From the NCBI GenBank assembly GCA_963810275.1, contig CAWENF010000004.1, forward strand, positions 1-64,000: a stretch of DNA of 64,000 nucleotides. Direction: 5' to 3'. The DNA is from an uncultured archaeon. Lineage in GTDB: Archaea > Thermoproteota > Bathyarchaeia > Bathyarchaeales > Bathycorpusculaceae. A program made the position numbers and the translations under genes. This document shows positions 9,130 to 19,326 of this stretch, piece by piece (the first letter of the stretch is position 1; every line of letters starts with the position of its first letter). Under the pieces are notes generated by a model, which was not told the DNA's origin, did no database searches, and worked only from the letters and a program-made list of their open reading frames with translations.

Positions 9130-11601
9130 TCAGTATTCGGGTTTTATAATGACTTCGTATTGGGCTACTTGTCTGCCCTCACCAGCGCCGATTTGGATGG
9201 TCATAGCTTCGATTTTCAGGGTAGATTTGATGTCTGCTTCAGAAGTTTGGATTGCCTCCGCAGTTGCGTTCTCTTTGCATGTCACCGTGAGGTTCCTGAT
9301 GGGAGCGTTTAGTGGCTTCTTTTTTTCCGCTTTATCCCGTCGGATTTCACTCATAACCGCCGTAACCAAGTCACCGTCCCTCTCCGCCGCCTCATCCACA
9401 AGTGAAGCGTTAAATTTGGGCCACTCCGACACCTGAATACTCTCAAAACCCTTGTCATATTTGTACATATACTGATAAATCTCCTCAGTCATGTGCGGCA
9501 TCACAGGTGCCAAGAGTTGGAGCATGCGGTAGAGTACTTCGTAGAGCGTTTTTTGTGCTGCGGCGGTGTTGGTTTGTCCGTATGCTTCGGAGCGGTAGAG
9601 GCGGTCTTTTATGGCTTCGAGGTAGTAGTCGCAGAGTACGTGCCAGGTGAAATTGCGGATGTCTTCTATTGCGATGTTGAATTGGCATCGCTCGTAGGAG
9701 TCGGTTACTTTTTTGGTTATGTTCTCGGTTTTGCTAAGTATCCAGCGGTCGAGGAGTTGGTAGTCGGGTTCTGCTGACGTCTTGGGGTTGTAGTTAGCCA
9801 GAAGGTTAGATGCGAATCCTGAGGCGTTCCAGAGTTTGACGAGGAAACGTCTGCCATATTCCACATCCTGTACTCTGTAAGGAATGTCTGAGCCGGTTGC
9901 TCCGCCACCCGCGGCCCACTGTCGCACCGCATCTGCACCGTATTTGTCCAAAGTTTCAGGCGCCGCAGCATAATTTTTCAGGGACTTGCTCATTTTGCGT
10001 CCGTCTGCACCAAGCACCATGCCGTTGATTAAGACGCTATCAAACGGTCGCTCATCAAACAAGGCTAGGTGGCGCACCATCAAGTAGTACGCCCAAGTGC
10101 GGATAATATCTGTGCCGCTGGGGTGCACGCTTGCAGGGAACAGGTGCTTCCAGTCCGATCGATCGGGCCAGCCAGCGTGCACGGCGCAGGTGATTGAGCT
10201 GTCCATCCACGTGTCCATGACGTCTTGTTCGGGCTGGAAGGTTTTGCCGCCGCAGTCCGGACATGCATCTATGCGTGGAGCTTCGAGTTTGGGGTCTATG
10301 GGGACCCATTCGGGTTTCGAAACGATTAGGTGACCACAGCCTTTGCAGTACCACACCGGAATCGGCGTGGCGAATAATCTTTGTCTGCTGATGACCCAGT
10401 CCCAGTCCAGAGCTTTTGCCCAATCAATCAGACGATTCTTCATGTAATCCGGATACCAAAGAATTGCGTTGGCGTTCTTCTCCACTTTGTCGGTTAACTC
10501 CATGGTTTTCATAAACCACTGCTTAACTTCCAAAATTTCCACGGGAGCTTTGCAGCGGTCGCAAACGCCGACTTCATGCTGGATCTTCTCGCTCTTCTCC
10601 AACAACCCAGCTGCTTGGAGGTCTTCAACTATGGCTGCTCGGGCTTTGTTAACATAGAGCCCAGCATACTTGCAGTTGCCTGCATCGCTGATTTGCCCAT
10701 TCTGAGTTATGAGCCGAATCACGGGTAGCTTGTGTTTTATGACGGTTTTCACGTCTTCTTTGTCGCCGTAAGTACAAATCTGCATCACACCCGTCCCGAA
10801 AGATGGGTCGACGTGTTCGTCGGCTAAAATTGTGACTTCACGGTTCATCAGTGGCACATTGATTTTTCTGCCCACATATTTGCCGTAACGCTCATCCTTG
10901 GGGTTGACCTGGACAGCGACACAGGCGGGAATGAACTCGGGGCGCGAAGTGGCGATTAGAAGGTACTCTTCGCTGCCTGCAAGATAGAATTTGATGTAGT
11001 GAAGAAAGCCCTCTTTTTTGATGTGGTCCACCTCAGCGTCGGCTATGGCAGTTTCGTCTCTGGTACACCAGTTAACAGGGTGCGTACCCTGATACATGAA
11101 GCCCCTCTCGTAGAGTTCTATAAAGCTAAGCTGCGTGCGTCGCCAGTAGTCAGGGTCCATGGTCTTGTACTCGGTATTCCAGTCAATCGATGCGCCTAAC
11201 TTGAGAATGCCTTCTTTCATCATGCCAATGTACTTGTCAACAAGAGCCATGCACATGCCGCGAAACTGGTCAGGGGGCAAGTCGCGTTTCCGTATGTTGT
11301 TTGCTTTCTCCACTTGGATTTCTATGCCTAAGCCGTGGCAATCCCATCCCTGCGGGAATAGCACGTTGTAGCCTTGCATGCGTTTGAAGCGGGCAACCAT
11401 GTCAAAGTACGTCCAGTTCAAGACGTTGCCCATGTGGAGCTCGCCCGACGGGTAAGGCGGTGGAGTGTCGATGCTAAACGCCTGGCGGGTTTTATCTTTC
11501 CAATCATAGTGGTAGATGCCCATTTCTTCCCATTTGGCTTGCCATTTTGCTTCGATTTCGGTGAACTTGTAGTCTTTTGGCATAGGCTGCATGCAAATCA
11601 A
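9130..11601 (-). CDS. valS: Valine--tRNA ligase
   Basis: [35 protein letters not shown]. Confidence 0.97.
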   Translation of the reverse strand: MICMQPMPKDYKFTEIEAKWQAKWEEMGIYHYDWKDKTRQAFSIDTPPPYPSGELHMGNVLNWTYFDMVARFKRMQGYNVLFPQGWDCHGLGIEIQVEKANNIRKRDLPPDQFRGMCMALVDKYIGMMKEGILKLGASIDWNTEYKTMDPDYWRRTQLSFIELYERGFMYQGTHPVNWCTRDETAIADAEVDHIKKEGFLHYIKFYLAGSEEYLLIATSRPEFIPACVAVQVNPKDERYGKYVGRKINVPLMNREVTILADEHVDPSFGTGVMQICTYGDKEDVKTVIKHKLPVIRLITQNGQISDAGNCKYAGLYVNKARAAIVEDLQAAGLLEKSEKIQHEVGVCDRCKAPVEILEVKQWFMKTMELTDKVEKNANAILWYPDYMKNRLIDWAKALDWDWVISRQRLFATPIPVWYCKGCGHLIVSKPEWVPIDPKLEAPRIDACPDCGGKTFQPEQDVMDTWMDSSITCAVHAGWPDRSDWKHLFPASVHPSGTDIIRTWAYYLMVRHLALFDERPFDSVLINGMVLGADGRKMSKSLKNYAAAPETLDKYGADAVRQWAAGGGATGSDIPYRVQDVEYGRRFLVKLWNASGFASNLLANYNPKTSAEPDYQLLDRWILSKTENITKKVTDSYERCQFNIAIEDIRNFTWHVLCDYYLEAIKDRLYRSEAYGQTNTAAAQKTLYEVLYRMLQLLAPVMPHMTEEIYQYMYKYDKGFESIQVSEWPKFNASLVDEAAERDGDLVTAVMSEIRRDKAEKKKPLNAPIRNLTVTCKENATAEAIQTSEADIKSTLKIEAMTIQIGAGEGRQVAQYEVIIKPEY

Positions 11602-11883
11602 TATCCTTGGTATATGTTTGCTTTTAGCAAGACTATGATAGAACCTAAAAACGTTATCCTGACTTGGAATATTGGTGAGTGGGGTTTTTGGAGTTTTTGG
11701 CTTGTATTTTTATTTTTATGTTTTTTTGGGCAACTCCTATAAGCAACCATGAATATATTAGTATATTATGATGTGTCTGAGTGGAGATTAAAACAGTAAA
11801 CAACTGTTTCACAATCGTTTCACCCAACTAACATATCACTCCACGAGTAGTATATACATACACAAAAAAGTGAGGTTAAAAAA

Positions 11884-12690
11884 ATGAAAAGTCGGAAAAT
11901 AATCACCCTCGCAACCATATCAGTGGTTACAGCAGCCCTGCTCGTTTCAACCGCAGCAGCAATGGGTCCCTTCGGCCACGGCTACAACCCCGTAACAGGC
12001 TATGGCGGCTATGTAGGCAGAGGCGGAATGATGGGCGGCTACTATGGATACAACACCGACCCCAACGGCGCTGTACCTCAAACATCCTACTATCAACCAG
12101 TTTACCCCTTCCAGTTCGGTGGATGCATGGGAGGATACGGCTGGAACCACGGCTACAACTACGCCGCACCCAATATCTACAACAGTGAACAAATCACCAT
12201 AACAACTGCAGAAACAATCGCACAAAACTATATTGCATCCATGAACAACCCCGACCTAACAGTAGCTCACGTAGAAGAATACCAATACAACTTCTACGTT
12301 CAAGTTGACGAGCAAGGCACAGGTAACGGAGCCTTCGAACTCCTCATCAACAAATACACCGGCAGCATCTACCCAGAAATGGGCCCCAACATGATGTGGA
12401 ACACTAAATACGGCATGATGAGAAGTGGAGCCTTAAGCGGAATCTTTGGAACTCCCACAGCGGAAATGACCCTAACAGCAGTCCAAGCCCAAACAACCGC
12501 GCAGCAATACTTAGACACATACTTAGCTGGAACCACCACAGGCGACATAGTAACCTTCTACGGATACTACACAATGGAAGTCGTCAACGGCACAACACCC
12601 TATGGCATGCTAAGCGTCAACGGCTACAGCGGACAAGTATGGTTCCACAACTGGCACGGCGTCTTCATAGCTGCGCTTGAAGTGGACTAA
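11884..12690 (+). CDS. Secreted protein with a Gly/Tyr/Met-rich N-region and two PepSY-like domains
   Basis: Signal peptide, GAFELLINKYTG..PEMGPNMMWNTKYG, FYGYYT..GMLSVNGYSGQVWFHNWHG. Confidence 0.75.
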   Translation: MKSRKIITLATISVVTAALLVSTAAAMGPFGHGYNPVTGYGGYVGRGGMMGGYYGYNTDPNGAVPQTSYYQPVYPFQFGGCMGGYGWNHGYNYAAPNIYNSEQITITTAETIAQNYIASMNNPDLTVAHVEEYQYNFYVQVDEQGTGNGAFELLINKYTGSIYPEMGPNMMWNTKYGMMRSGALSGIFGTPTAEMTLTAVQAQTTAQQYLDTYLAGTTTGDIVTFYGYYTMEVVNGTTPYGMLSVNGYSGQVWFHNWHGVFIAALEVD

Positions 12691-12762
12691 GCAGCCGTTT
12701 CTCTTTTTCCTTTTTTCTTTAAACTTAAATGGGGGATTAGAAGATTAGAATATGGGATTCAA

Positions 12763-13101
12763 ATGCCAAAAATGGACATGATCATATACAACTTACAAGC
12801 AGAAGTATCCAAAACCATGGCGCACCCCCTTCGCCTAGCAATACTACACCTGCTAAAAGAGGGTGAAAGAACAGTCAACGAATTAACCCAAGCAACAGGC
12901 GCAAGCCAATCAAACGTTTCACAACACCTCGCTCATATGAGGCAGCGAGACATAGTTCGAACCCGAAAAGAAGGTTCAAACATCTACTACCGCGTCGCAA
13001 GCCCAAAAATCAGCCAAGCCTGCGACATGGTCCGAGACGTCCTCATAGAACAACTTACCCAAAAACAGGAACTAGCAAAACTCAACATAAAAGGAGATTA
13101 A
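12763..13101 (+). CDS. ArsR/SmtB family regulator
   Basis: KTMAHPLRLAILHLL..VNEL..SQSNVSQHLAHMR..RKEGSNIYY. Confidence 0.92.
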   Translation: MPKMDMIIYNLQAEVSKTMAHPLRLAILHLLKEGERTVNELTQATGASQSNVSQHLAHMRQRDIVRTRKEGSNIYYRVASPKISQACDMVRDVLIEQLTQKQELAKLNIKGD

Positions 13102-13108
13102 TAAAAAC

Positions 13109-13273
13109 ATGTTTGGCTGTGGATGCTGCGGAGGCTCAAGAGAAGAGCGTCAACCGCAGAGAACAACACCCCCGCCGCCTCAGGTGGTTATGGTTCCGTG
13201 CAGCTACTGCAAAACCCTGTTTCCCCTATCTGCCACCTATTGTCCACACTTCGGCGCAAGAAGAGTTGCGTAA
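13109..13273 (+). CDS. Small Cys-rich zinc-ribbon protein, 54 aa, not in ORF track
   Basis: MFGCGCCGGSREERQPQRTTPPPPQVVMVPCSYCKTLFPLSATYCPHFGARRVA*, with SD AAGGAG at 13091-13096. Confidence 0.7.
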   Translation: MFGCGCCGGSREERQPQRTTPPPPQVVMVPCSYCKTLFPLSATYCPHFGARRVA

Positions 13274-13313
13274 CTGCTAAAAACAGCGCGGACGACAAAT
13301 ACTATGTGATTCT

Positions 13314-14024
13314 ATGCGAAAAACCCTTTTGCCCATGCTTTTTGTACTTACGCTCATGAGTGCGATGGCTTTACCGGTTTACGCCGCAACCTATACCGCT
13401 GGCGTGTCGATTGGTGACTACGTCAAGTACGGAAACTTTGCAGGCGAAGGTGCAGGCAATGAGATATTCAACGATATCAGTTACCAGCAGTTCGAAGTCA
13501 CGGCTGTTTCAGGTCAAGACGTAACTTTGCTTTCGACTGGGCAGTACAAAGACGGTTCTGCGGTTCCCGGTGACGGTACATCTGCAGTCTGGAATGTCGC
13601 GGCTGGAACACGAGATGGCGTCGCAGAAACACAAGGGCCTATCATCGCAGCCAACCTAAACCAAGGTGACGCTATTCCACCCGAAAACACCTACACAGTT
13701 AACGCCACTGAAGACAGAACATACCTTGGCGTGGTGCGCTCGGTGAATACACTTACCGTTTCGGTTGAAACGCCCGATTACAGCACCCAGTTATCCTACG
13801 TTTACGATAGGGCTTCAGGGATGCTTCTGGAGGCTTCGTCACAGACAACTACTCAGTCCGAAACTTCAGGATACTCATATAGCGTTATTGAAACCAACAT
13901 TTTTGGAGAGGATTCTACCCCTTCAAACGGTGATTCTACAGTATTCTACCTCGCCATATGTAGCCATTGTGATTATTGTGGTTGTGTTGGTGTGGTTTTG
14001 CTGTTGAACCGCAAAAGGTTGTAG
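13314..14024 (+). CDS. Secreted protein with a C-terminal membrane anchor (anchor apparently frame-disturbed)
   Basis: Signal peptide, GVSIGDYVKY, YVYDRASGMLLE, YSVIETNIF. Hydrophobic tail is split over frames. Confidence 0.75.
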   Translation: MRKTLLPMLFVLTLMSAMALPVYAATYTAGVSIGDYVKYGNFAGEGAGNEIFNDISYQQFEVTAVSGQDVTLLSTGQYKDGSAVPGDGTSAVWNVAAGTRDGVAETQGPIIAANLNQGDAIPPENTYTVNATEDRTYLGVVRSVNTLTVSVETPDYSTQLSYVYDRASGMLLEASSQTTTQSETSGYSYSVIETNIFGEDSTPSNGDSTVFYLAICSHCDYCGCVGVVLLLNRKRL

Positions 14025-14114
14025 ATTGCTTTCCAACGTTTTTTCCTTGTCTTCCAGTTGCCCCCGAGGCACCCAGTAGGCTGGCGCGTACATTTTTAGG
14101 TTTCAAATCCAATA

Positions 14115-14633
14115 TTGTTTACAGAGAAGCAAATGACCGCATATTCACCAACAAAACAAGGCAACCGAACAAAGAAAGCGGCTTTTCCTTCCCCAAAAAT
14201 CTTATTCGCCATTATTGTGGTTCTTGTGTTGGCGGTTGCCGTTATAGCTTGGCAAGCCCCCGCCATATCCAAGTTCTTTGAAGACACAGGCAACTCCGAA
14301 TACACCACACTCAGTCTATTCGCAGGTGTCTCCCAAACCTACCATAACGGAGTAGACTTCTACACGTTTAGCTACAAACTCTCAGCAAGCGACACCACTG
14401 AATTGTTCTATGTGACGCGAAACGCAGAGGCATCTCGCTCTTACCCCGCCGTTGCAGGTGCTGTTTTCTCGGATTTAGGCGTAGAAATGAAGGTTTCCTC
14501 GGTCACGTCAGAACTGTTGGTTCTACTGGTTAAGCCTCTTCCCGAACTTAAGCGCTCGGGCGCAAAACCTATATTCTTTAAATTTGCCTTTCTATTTTTC
14601 AGTTCTTGGGGAGCTGGGAAACGACCCTGCTGA
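14115..14633 (+). CDS. Membrane-anchored hypothetical protein (true stop likely near 14550)
   Basis: N-terminal TM helix and beta-rich domain. The annotated tail runs into the riboswitch promoter, suggesting a frameshift. Confidence 0.6.
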   Translation: MFTEKQMTAYSPTKQGNRTKKAAFPSPKILFAIIVVLVLAVAVIAWQAPAISKFFEDTGNSEYTTLSLFAGVSQTYHNGVDFYTFSYKLSASDTTELFYVTRNAEASRSYPAVAGAVFSDLGVEMKVSSVTSELLVLLVKPLPELKRSGAKPIFFKFAFLFFSSWGAGKRPC

Positions 14634-14693
14634 GAGGACAGTACCTTCTGTCGACCCTGCGAACCTGAACCAGGTAATACTGGCGGAGGGAAA
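14603..14693 (+). ncRNA. TPP riboswitch
   Basis: GGGGAGC..GCTGAGAG-GACAG/CTGTC-GACCC..GAACCTGAA-CCAG GTAATA CTGG-CGGAGGGA contains all canonical THI-box elements and sits upstream of thiT. Confidence 0.93.
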
Positions 14694-14700
14694 AAACCAA

Positions 14701-15266
14701 GTGCAAACTAAAAAATATCAAACCCATAAACCCAACCGACTAAACTAGTTTTTTGAACCCCCTTTTAGAAACCCAAGAATCTTGGCTGAAATGGCAATCT
14801 TCACCGCGTTGGCCACAACATTAAGCTATAATTGTTTATCATGTAATGCCTCAAGGTGGCTCAATCACATTCGCTTCAATGGTTCCAATCATTTGGTTGG
14901 CGCTGCGAAGAGGCCCAAAAGTCGGAGTTACTCGCGGTGCTCTATGGATGCATCCAGTTCATAATTTTGCCCTATGCCATTGCTCCATTGCAGAGTGTTG
15001 TTGGATTACCTGTTGGCGTTTGGTGTCTTGGGGTTAGCTGGTTTTTTCCGAAAATACCCTGTCTCGGCGCCGCAGTAGCTGTATGCAAGTTTTGTCCTGA
15101 GCTTCATTTCAGGTGCGTCAACTGGGCGCCAATATATGCTCCAGACATTGACCCCTACATTTACTCCTCAGTTTACAACGGAAGCTACATGGTGCCTGAA
15201 CTTATCATAACCGTATTCGTAGTCTTCCTGCTTCAGGCAAGTAAAGCGTTGAGGGCTTATCTTTAA
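14701..15266 (+). CDS. thiT: Energy-coupled thiamine transporter ThiT (several frameshifts)
   Basis: ILAEMAIFTALA, MPQGGSITFASMVPI, LLDYLLAFGVLGLAG and YSSVYNGSYMVPE are spread across frames. Confidence 0.85.
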
Positions 15267-16264
15267 TGGGTAAACTCGCCGCTGAAGACCTGCAGAAAAT
15301 GCTCAAATGCATCAAATCCGACGAGAGGGTGTTGGTGCCGCCTATGATTGGCTATGACTAGGGGTTCACCGCATGCGAACATTATCTGGTTGTTGCCTCA
15401 GACCCCTGCACAGGCGTCCCTGAAGACTGGTTCGGCTGGCTCCTCATTAACTACGCCGCATCCGACTTGGCGCTTTCAGGCGCTAAACCAGAATTCTGCA
15501 CAATCACCCTGATAGGTCCATCCCCCACCGAACCCGACCGCTTCCAAAAAGTGATGACGCAAACCTGCGAGCGCAGCAGACGAGCTGGGCATCGCCATAG
15601 TTCGCGGGCACACAGGTATGTACGACAGCCTAAACGATTTGTTGGGCGTCTGCACCGTCTACGGCACTGTTGAGGCAAGGGCGGTTGATTACTTCTGGTG
15701 GCGCAAAGGCCGGAGACCTGATTTTGTGCACTAAAGCCCCTTGGCATAGAAACTATCACAAACTACGCTCTTGCCCACCTGAGTTGGCATAAAAGCTTTT
15801 TGGTGCGGCAAAACACTGCAGAATATTCACGTCTTGTCGCTATGCAGAGCTGCGTAAAGGAGGCACAAACACTGACGCAAATCAATGGTGTGCATGCAAT
15901 GCATGACGCAACCGAAGGAGGTTTTGTATCAGCGTTAAACGAATTGGCGGTGCATCCGGGGTCGGGGTTGAAAGTGGAGTGGGAAAAAATCCCTATCCCT
16001 CAAGAAGCGTTGACGTTACAGCATCACTTCAGCCTCAGCGATGAGCAGTTGCTTTCGATGTCTTCCACCGGCACCATTCTTGGTGCAGTTAATCCCGAAG
16101 CAAAAACCAAAGTCGCTCAAACGCTTGAAAAACTCGGTTTAACTGCATACTTCATCGGCGAATTCAAAAAAGAAAAACAAAACCTGCTCATTATAGGCGG
16201 AGCGAAATAGGCTTTTCCATCCGCAGCCGACGACCCATACACTGCAATGATGGCTACTTCTTAA
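15266..16264 (+). CDS. AIR synthase (PurM/ThiL/HypE-fold) family protein (frameshifts and one in-frame TAG)
   Basis: MGKLAAEDL..PPMIGYD, SDPCTG, NYAASDLALSGA, GHTG, AMHDATEGG, STGT. Start overlaps the thiT stop (TAATG). Confidence 0.8.
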
Positions 16265-17133
16265 GGTCATTTAGCATATACTGGACGATTTCTTCTGCGA
16301 TATTAGCTTTGGAAACTGCTTGTAGTCCCTTCCAGCCAGGCTGACTGTTCACGTCCACAATGCAGGGACCGTTTGGTCCTTCAAGGATATCTACGCCTGC
16401 AACTATACATCTAACTGCCTTTGAGGCTTTAACCGCGAGCTCTTTGTATTCGTCGCTGATTTCTGTTGGCGCTGGGTGTGCTCCTCTGCTGTAGTTTGTT
16501 TTCCAACATGTGGCTACCCTTCGCATTGAGGCAATGACTTGGTCTCCAAGCACAAAGGCGCGGATATCACTAAAGCCATGCTCGACGATATTCCTGCATG
16601 TAGATGACGCCATGATGGAACGTGATGGCTTTGAAGATGGTGTCAGCTACGTCCACGTCGTTTACTCTTGTTGCACCTTGCCCCGCTGCCGAAGATTGGT
16701 TTGACAACTACGTCGCCTCCGAGTTCATGGAAATATTTGAGGGCTTCATTTACGCTCTCCGTTGCCAGCGTGCGGGGGACAGGGATGCCTACGTCTTCAA
16801 GCAGGGAAAGAATGTCGTATTTGTCTACGCAGTGCTCAATCGCTGTAGGCGGGTTAACCATGTAGAAGCCTTTGCGCTCCATCTTGTAGAGCATGTCCAT
16901 GCGGAACACCAACTCCTCAAGGCTGAACCGCGTCCGATGGGGCGAATAATTAGGGCGTCAAGGTCGTCTAGTATGCTTGTTTCTGCAACTTTAAAGTAGG
17001 GTTTGTAAGATAACCTAGCGACTAGTCGAGGGAAAGTGAAGCACTCATAGGGGATGTCTCGTTTGGTCAATGCATCGCGGACTTGGCTACTGCTCCACGC
17101 TTCGGGGTTGCGCGTCATGATGCCGAATTTCAT
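16254..17133 (-). CDS. RimK-family ATP-grasp alpha-L-glutamate ligase (MptN-like), frameshifted
   Basis: IIRPIGRGS, HCVDKY, PVPRT, VVKPIFGS, DIRAFV, AGVDILE, DVNSQPGWKGLQ. Confidence 0.85.
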
Positions 17134-17221
17134 TAAGGTCTATCCATTGCGTTAGAAAATGCTGAGGGTTTGAGTTCTTAAAGCTTCTGGGACAAACATG
17201 AAACAATAATACAGAAAATTG

Positions 17222-17714
17222 TTACTCTTTCATATTGGTTGGAAAGAGGCGTATCTGCACTTCTTTGTTTCTACCGATTAACTCGCCGATTAATGTACCC
17301 ACCGAGAGGCAGATGACAAGAGTTGTTACAGCAAAGAACTGATCGCCCCAAGCTTCCACCAAAGCGCCTAAACCGTATCTGTTGCCGAGCAAGATAATAG
17401 CCGCCCAGATGCCAAACCCGATTATTGAGATACCCATGAAAATGAATGTCAGCCGCTTTGAAATCGAAAGTGCCGACGGAGTAACTCTGATAAATCCGAT
17501 ACAGCCAATCGGAGCCAAAATCGCCAAACCAAAAACGCAGTTTTCCCAGCATCCAGCCCCGACGTCAACCCAAGCACCGCCGAAGCAACACCTAAAACCA
17601 AGCTGCAAGCATCAACCAGTACCCTTTTTTAGTTGTGATGCCTGGTACCTCGGGTTCAGGTTGGCGTTTGGCTTTGGGTTTCTGTTTAGGCTTAGATTTG
17701 GAGGGGTTTGGCAT
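17222..17714 (-). CDS. Multi-pass membrane protein, frameshifted
   Basis: Reconstructed MPNPSKSKPKQKPKAKRQPEPEVPGITTKKGYWLML.. joins ORF 17222-17608. Confidence 0.6.
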
Positions 17715-17949
17715 GAAGAATAATCTGCCAACTCAACACATATTAACGTTTCACGTGGTTTAGGGTACGTTGGGGGTTGGTTCAGTTCCGTGGGCTTGAT
17801 GGGTTTTGGCGGCTTAGTGGCTGTATTTCTTGTTTGGCTTCGCATGACCATCAATCGACTTGACAACTTGGCTTATGGTCCTTTTCAAAAACTCATTTAA
17901 TAGATCTAGAAAATAGAGGGTACAACAAATTCAGGAAGAGAGAAAAAAA

Positions 17950-19236
17950 TTGAAAACCAAAATCCTTGGAAAATCAGTACACACGCTATAGACAAAGAAA
18001 GTCTCTAAACCCATTGTGGCGTGCTTAACCATGCTGTTTTTGGTCAGCACGGTTTCTGTGCTTGCCTTTAGAGAGACAGCACAAGGTACAACGACCTTGG
18101 CTCTGCACACGCATTCAGCTGGCAAGGTCTTCCAGGCATGAGCTGGGACAGTAAACCTCAAAGATTCCTCAACGATAACGGGTACGGAAATAACGAAATG
18201 GAATTCTGGAACTGGTTCTGGACCGACATGGCCACTAATCTCAAAGACTGCCCCAACGTAATCTTTGAAGCATGGAACGAACCAGGCTGGAACGGCGATG
18301 ACACCGAACCCATCCCCGCAGGATAAATGACTTACTTACAAACCATGTACAACGCAATTCGCAACAATGCAGATTCAAACAACATCATCATGATGCAGTG
18401 GAGAATGGGGTGACAACCAAACGGCTACGGCGCAACACTAAGCTGGGCATCAGACATCAACAATGCTATTCAACTAACTAACCTCGTCTACACCACATAC
18501 TTCTACTAATACGCGCCCACCGACCTAAGCGACTACTGGGCAAAAGATTACGCAACCCTGAAATCGCAGATTCAAACAGCCATAAACGGCATGGGAGTCA
18601 CTGCACCTCTTGTCATTAACGAGGAAGGCTCATGCCTAACCATCTCGCCAAACAAGCAAAACGACTTGACTTGGTGGACAAACCTCGAGTTGGTTCAACG
18701 TGACCCTTAACGTCGGCGCAGGCGCCTACTACTGGCTTTCCGACAGCGGTTTTGGCGGCGTTTACAATGGCGAATCCCATCTAAGCAGCGATTACAGCCC
18801 CAACGCTATGGGACAAGCCTAAATAAATGCATACAATGGAGCCACCAGAAACATTCCAACGCCAACAGCTACTCCTTCACTTGCTCCTCAGGAGAAAGCT
18901 ACGGCGATACCTGCCCCAACGGTTACACCTACAACACCTACAACTGCACCAACCGCTATGCCAACAATAACTCCGACACAAACCACCCAATCCTAACCCC
19001 AATTCAAAAGCCAACCACACAGCCAACACCCGACCAAACCCAAACATCCTCCCGGACATCCCAACCTTCAGTAAACCCAACCCCAACATAGGGCACCACC
19101 TACTCTGAGGACGCTACATCGCTACATTCACTCCTGTACCAACAGAAAAAGCTCCTAATCGAACATCCTTCTGGCACAGATGGTTCTGTGGTTTGGTTGG
19201 CCACATTTCCATGTTTGGTTCAACCAATTCTACTAA
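17950..19236 (+). pseudogene. Secreted GH5-like glycoside hydrolase pseudogene with a Pro/Thr linker
   Basis: Signal peptide, PNVIFEAWNEP (acid/base) and PLVINEEG (nucleophile). Multiple in-frame stops, frameshifts and an apparent internal deletion. Confidence 0.8.
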
Positions 19237-19277
19237 ACCAACCCCCAATCTTCTTTTTTTATCAAAAGCTTTTTTAG

Positions 19278-19316
19278 GTAAAACATAAAGCAGACCCGTA
19301 ATACAAATGTAATACA
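19278..19316 (+). promoter_or_regulatory. GTAATACA direct repeats (putative RHH operator)
   Basis: GTAAAACA 19278-19285, GTAATACA 19298-19305 and 19309-19316 (11-bp period), just before the TTG start at 19327. Confidence 0.6.
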
Positions 19317-19326
19317 GTGAACAATT

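Noticed and set aside
16208-16210. In-frame TAG as pyrrolysine readthrough
   Set aside because: Lies in an error-dense block, no pyl genes are in the window, and a substitution error is simpler.
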